Source: a virus
Taxonomy: Duplodnaviria; Caudoviricetes
DNA length: 59,312 nt
IMG/VR virus record: IMGVR_UViG_3300032898_000005
Span: 1-59,312 of that record
Reading direction: 5' to 3' (one strand)
Positions 54,867 through 59,312 of this stretch are shown piece after piece. Numbering within the stretch: position 1 is the first letter of the stretch; the number at the start of each line of letters is the position of its first letter. The notes below the pieces were generated by a model that ran no database searches, was not told where the DNA came from, and worked only from the letters and a program-made list of their open reading frames with translations. The position numbers were made by a program, and so were the translations under genes.

Positions 54867-57800
54867 TCACCACGCCAGGGCGTTCGAGCCGATGACGTCC
54901 CGGCCAGCTACGTCGGCCTGCAGGACGGTGCCCTCGGGCACGTACGGGCTCTGCTGGTAGTCGGTCGTCCAGGTACCGGGGCCGATGTGCGTCTCGACGC
55001 GCTGGGTGATCACGGGGAGATTGTACCGCGTCGGGTTGAGCGGGGACCTGATGGTGACGGCCGGGTCGCCCAGGTCGGTCTGCAAGATCGAGTTGAAGGT
55101 GGCGGGCCGGGAGTGCGAGACCACGGTAATCGAGCGGACGCGGATCGAGGGTCGCTGGTACTTGCCGATGGACCAGTTGGCGCGATCGTAGGCGTCGCCC
55201 GCGGTGGTGCCCGAGACGGCCTGCTGGAGCGGTCCGCGCTGGAAGTACTGCAGGATCGACGGCTGGTTGACCACGGTGGGGGTGGCGGTGGTGATCGTGC
55301 CCTCGGTGACGGACGCCTTTACCGAGTTGTTCACGTAGGTGTTGTCGTAGTCCATCGCCTGGGCGGGCAGGTACGTGACCTGATCGTTCTGCAGGCGGAT
55401 CGCGGCCTGGTCCACGTACACCTGCGTGGTAGTGGGCGGGGTGCCGCCGATGACCACGCGGAGGTGGCCGTACGATGCGGTGGCGGGGGAGGGGCCGATG
55501 GGATTCACGGGCACCCAGACGCCCGGCGGCAGCGCGATGTCCGGACCGCCCGTGCTGGACAGGTACGTGTTGCTGGAGTTGTACCAGTCGACCTGGATAC
55601 CGGCCCCGCCGTACCAGCCGCCCGGCGACATCAGCCAGGTCTCCAGGTCGTACCCGGTCGACGGGCTCACGGGTATCTGCCCGCCGGAGTCGGCGTTGAG
55701 GCTGCAGCCCGAGCTGGTGCCGTTGAACGTGAGCAGGCAGGACTGGGAGAAGGTGAATCTGGCAGCGCTCGTGATCGAGGCGGTGCAGTTCGTGGCGGAC
55801 CAGCCGGTGAGGCCCTGCTGGAAGTTCCAGTTGGCGTTTAGCGGCCCTACCGGCTCGTCTCCGAACGTGACGGCGGCGGTCTGGTTGAACTGGACCTGAC
55901 GGGTCTGGAGGACCAGGTTGCCGTTGGCGATACCGGCCCATCGCGCGGCGAACGACAGGGCGTCCCCGTTCAGCGCGCTGGCCAGGCTGGACCCGGCGGT
56001 GGAGTAGGCCGGGCCAAGCTCGGAGTACAGGTCCTGCGGCCCGGCCAGGCCGAGGTTGAGGCCAGCCCACGCGACGTATCGCAGGGCGCGGTCGGTCAGC
56101 CCGTCCTGGCCGAACCCGGACAGGCCCGACAGGACGTGGCAGACCTGCCGCCAGCTCGGCATCGCCCCGGGGAACATGCATCCGTACGACATGGCGTACT
56201 GATAGGTGTCGTAGTAGTTGCCGTAAGCGTATACCGCCTGGCCGAACGCGATGGCCACGGCGTTGCCCGGGGTGGCGGTGTAGGGCAGCGTCGAGGAGAC
56301 CCCGCCGTTGAGAGTTACGGTAACGGTCGACGAGGTAAGCTCGATATGTATCAGGTTGGACGGTATGCTGAACGTGGACCCGTTGATCGGGTAGTTGTTG
56401 ACGCCCAGCGGGGCTATGACGGTAAACCCGGAGCTGCTGTTGGTGGCGAAGACCAGGGACGGGATGTCGTTGGTCGTGGTGAACTGAGCCCCGACGAATA
56501 CCAGGGACCCGGGGCCGAGTCCCACCGTATTCAGGTCGGGCGGGTACGCCAGCGAGAACAGCTTGATGGTGCGGGTGGCGGTTACGGCGGTGGTGACATA
56601 CGGCACGGCTGCCCAGAACTCGAATGAGCAGGGCACCCCCGGCATGGCCGGGTCGGGGCCGTACAGCACCCCGGCCCCGGGGGCGGCGACAGTGGAGGGG
56701 GAGGTGTCCGCCGACTCGCCCATGCCGGTGCCGGAGTCGCCCAGCAGGCCGGAGGTCTGGCCGGTGATCACCGGGACGTTCGCCCCGTTGGTATAGGTGC
56801 CCGACTTGGCGTTGTACAGGGAGGTGTTGCCCGCAAACATGCCGTCGACCCCGGACAGCGGAATCTCCGCATCGGGGGCGGTGTACTGCTCGTTGAACGG
56901 CAGGCTGATGTACGGCATGTCGGCCAGGATCTCGCCCTGCACCGCCGAGGGCAGGTTCACGGAGGACGCGACGCCTACCACGTCGGTGGCGATAAGGTTG
57001 GACCAGCCCCACTGCGGGAAGTCGGGCCAGTCCTGCGGCCAGCGCTCGACGTAGCCGAACCCCACCGGGTACCGGCGGCCCTGCCAGAAGCACGACACTC
57101 GCGTGGGTACGCCGAGCCGGACCAGCCCGGTCTGCATCGGGATCGATCCTATGGCGAACCCTACCTCGGCAACGTAGAATTCCTGGGTCGGGGACCCGGA
57201 CACCGTGAGCAGCGCGGTGATCGACGCCAGGTCGGCGGGCACGACGCCGGTGGCGGACAGCTGGGTCCACACCCCGGCGGGCACGTTGGTAAGGGTCTGG
57301 CTCCCGAGGACGGTGGTGGACCCCGCCAGGCTGGTGGCCTCCAGCTGCAGCTCGGTGTTGCCGCTGGCCCACCCGGACGGGAACATCACCCAGAGCGATG
57401 CGGTCACCGGGTAGTTGACGTTGATCGCGCCGGAGTAGACGTACTTGACGCCGATCACGGAGCCCGAGGACGGGGTGACGCCCAGGGACTCGTTGGCGTA
57501 GGCACCGGGGGCGGACGCGAACGTCTGGGCGGCGGTCATGCCGAGCTGGGCCGAGCCCGAGGTGACCGACCAGCCGGAGGTGCCGAGCAGCTGCATGGCC
57601 GGGTCCGGGTTGAGCGCGTTCGAGTAGAACACCGACCCGGCCCACTGCGGGTCGAAGTCCCCGGCCTGGTTGTTCATGGCGATGGTCATCTGCCCGGCCT
57701 CGGGCTGGGCCAGCTCGTACTGCTGGCCGCGCGAGGACGAGATCGCCACCTGGCCCTGCTTGCCCAGGGCATAGGTGCCCAGGTTAGTCCACTGGTCGTC

Positions 57801-59094
57801 CAGGATCGCGGCGGTGTTGTCGCCCGGATTCGCTCCGAACGCCTGCTCGACCAGGACGCGGGGGAACACCGACCGGGACTGGGCGGGCAGCGCGCTGGCC
57901 ATGCTGATCCCGACCATCAGCGCCACCGAGTTGCATACCTCGGTGTTGCCGATGGTCCAGGCGGCGGTAGCGGTGGTCAGCGGCGCGCAGGCCATGTAAG
58001 CCGTGGACATCTGAACCGTGGTCGAGGTGGTCCCGCCCGAGCCGCTGGATTCGGCCAGGATCTGGGTCCACCCGTAACTCGGGGACGATATGCTGTTGCC
58101 GTAGTACTGGTTCGCCACGGCGGAGAACACGTAGTCTGCGGTGGCGGTGGTGCCGCTGAGCGAGAGCGACGTGCCGCCGGTGCCGCTGGCCACGTGGAAG
58201 TCGAGCAGCGGCCAGTAGGACGCGGGCAGCCCATCCAGCTCGATCACCTGGAACATGAACGAGCCGGAGTAGCCCTGCGGGCAGAACGACAGCCAGCCCT
58301 CCACGGCCATCGCGTTGGAGCACACGAACGCGGCCAGCCGCACTCCGCTGATCACCTGGCCGGAGTCCCCGACGTACCGCCACCAGTTGCCCTGGTTGTC
58401 GGCCACGGCCCCGGCCGGAGTGGGCACGTAAGCGGACGCGGTGTTCCACGCGGCCAGCACCAGCAGCATGTTCCCCTGGTCGTTCCCGGGGGTCACCGCC
58501 CGGGGTCCGCAGTTCGGGGTGGTCAGTGCCTCGGTGAACGTGTAGCCGGTGGTGACGTTGACCACCGACACGGGCGAGATCACCGTAGCGTTGGTATTGA
58601 AGTTGGCGAACGTGGAGGTGCCCGACAAGCCGGACCCGTTGTCGGCCGCGTAGCACTGGACGTTGGTCGAGGTGATGGCGATCGAGTACGCGGTGGACCA
58701 GAGGTTGAACCAGGTGATGCCGTCCGACGACACGTCGAAGTAAACCGACCCGTCGAACTCGCGGATCCGCCACCAGGCGTGGTTAGTGGCGCTGTAGGCG
58801 ACGGTGCCGACCGTAGTAGGGACCCCGGCGGCCTCGTAGACCGCCACCAGGTTAGCGCCGTCGTAGTGCATCTCGAAGTAGTTGGAGCTGCTGGACCCCA
58901 CCTGCAGTGCGGTCCGGGTGCTCGCCCGGATCTGCGGGCTTACCTTCACCTGGTAGTACGACCCGGTGAGGTCGGCGGCGGTGCCCGACTTGAGACCGGC
59001 GGTGCCGCTGGCCGCGTAGGGGACGGTGGCCAGGCCGCCGGAGATCGACGGCGATCCGAAGCTGTTTCCCCACTTAGAGGACAGGGTAGACGGC
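54867..59094 (-). CDS. Large minor tail protein, C-terminal part (starts at 899 across the origin)
   Basis: Lectin/LamG-like WWRIRE segment, carbohydrate-binding-like repeats (PAGVWT, PPGVWV), tail-hub-like SRGQQYEL and C-terminal WTT.. Confidence 0.85.
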
Positions 59095-59312
59095 GTGTTG
59101 AAGTCGTCAAACAGGGCGGGCACCTGGAGCCCGGCCCCGGACGCCAGGCTGAGCCCGGACGGCGATCCGGCGGGGGCGGCCAGGGCCATCGTGGCGGTGA
59201 CGCCGGAGACCGACACCGGGCCGCTCGACACCGACACCGCCCCGGCCGGGGCGGCGAGGGCGAGGGCGGCCACCGCCCCGTTTATGCCGGATACCGAGGG
59301 AGCGCCCGCCGG
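59095..59312. repeat. Terminal direct repeat / circular assembly overlap (copy 2)
   Basis: Matches 1-218 with a single mismatch. Confidence 0.95.

Noticed and set aside
1599-56991. Dispersed repeats as a CRISPR-like array or att sites
   Set aside because: They are not regularly spaced, and no integrase or recombinase was recognised anywhere
54862-57645. 927-aa ORF and other long overlapping or antisense ORFs (e.g. 2738..4660, 10899..12908, 13833..15407, 27827..29395, 37268..38863)
   Set aside because: Arg/Gly/Pro-rich shadow frames of real genes, expected at high GC3
59095-59312. Biological direct terminal repeat
   Set aside because: It lies mid-gene in a tail ORF, far from the terminase genes, and is better explained as a circular assembly overlap
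53078-59312. Diversity-generating retroelement acting on tail genes
   Set aside because: No reverse transcriptase and no adenine-specific template/variable repeat pair seen
1-59312. tRNA genes or stop-codon reassignment
   Set aside because: No cloverleaf recognised by eye (tRNAscan not run); TAG, TGA and TAA all end genes normally

Overview
The window looks like an essentially complete, circularly permuted genome (about 59.1 kb unique) of a high-GC tailed phage, most likely infecting an actinobacterium. Bases 1-218 repeat at 59095-59312 with one mismatch, and the largest tail gene reads through that junction. Most genes are on the minus strand: terminase, a 2406-aa portal-MuF fusion, prohead protease/scaffold, major capsid, head-tail and tail genes (with a -1 frameshifted chaperone), lysis genes, and a replication/nucleotide module (exonuclease, AAA ATPase, SSB-like, prim-pol/helicase, family A polymerase, RuvC-like, adenine methyltransferase). 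I found no integrase, tRNA or CRISPR array. Main highlights: (1) a portal-anchored polyprotein carrying MuF, NUDIX, ParB-like, Zn-finger and ADP-ribosyltransferase-like modules separated by Lys-centred motifs shared with the capsid and protease, including an internal mimic of the presumed mature capsid N-terminus; (2) a PurZ0-type 2-aminoadenine (Z) cluster with no recognisable DatZ, alongside an adenine methyltransferase; (3) an unannotated leaderless 25-aa ORF that ends like the actinobacterial SSB C-terminal tip, convergent with a probable structured ncRNA; (4) two genome-wide DNA motifs, a TTGWC-N5-GWCAA palindrome overlapping most recognisable promoter -35 boxes and a strand-biased YTACCACGNNGGTG element. 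All calls come from reading motifs by eye; no database search was run.
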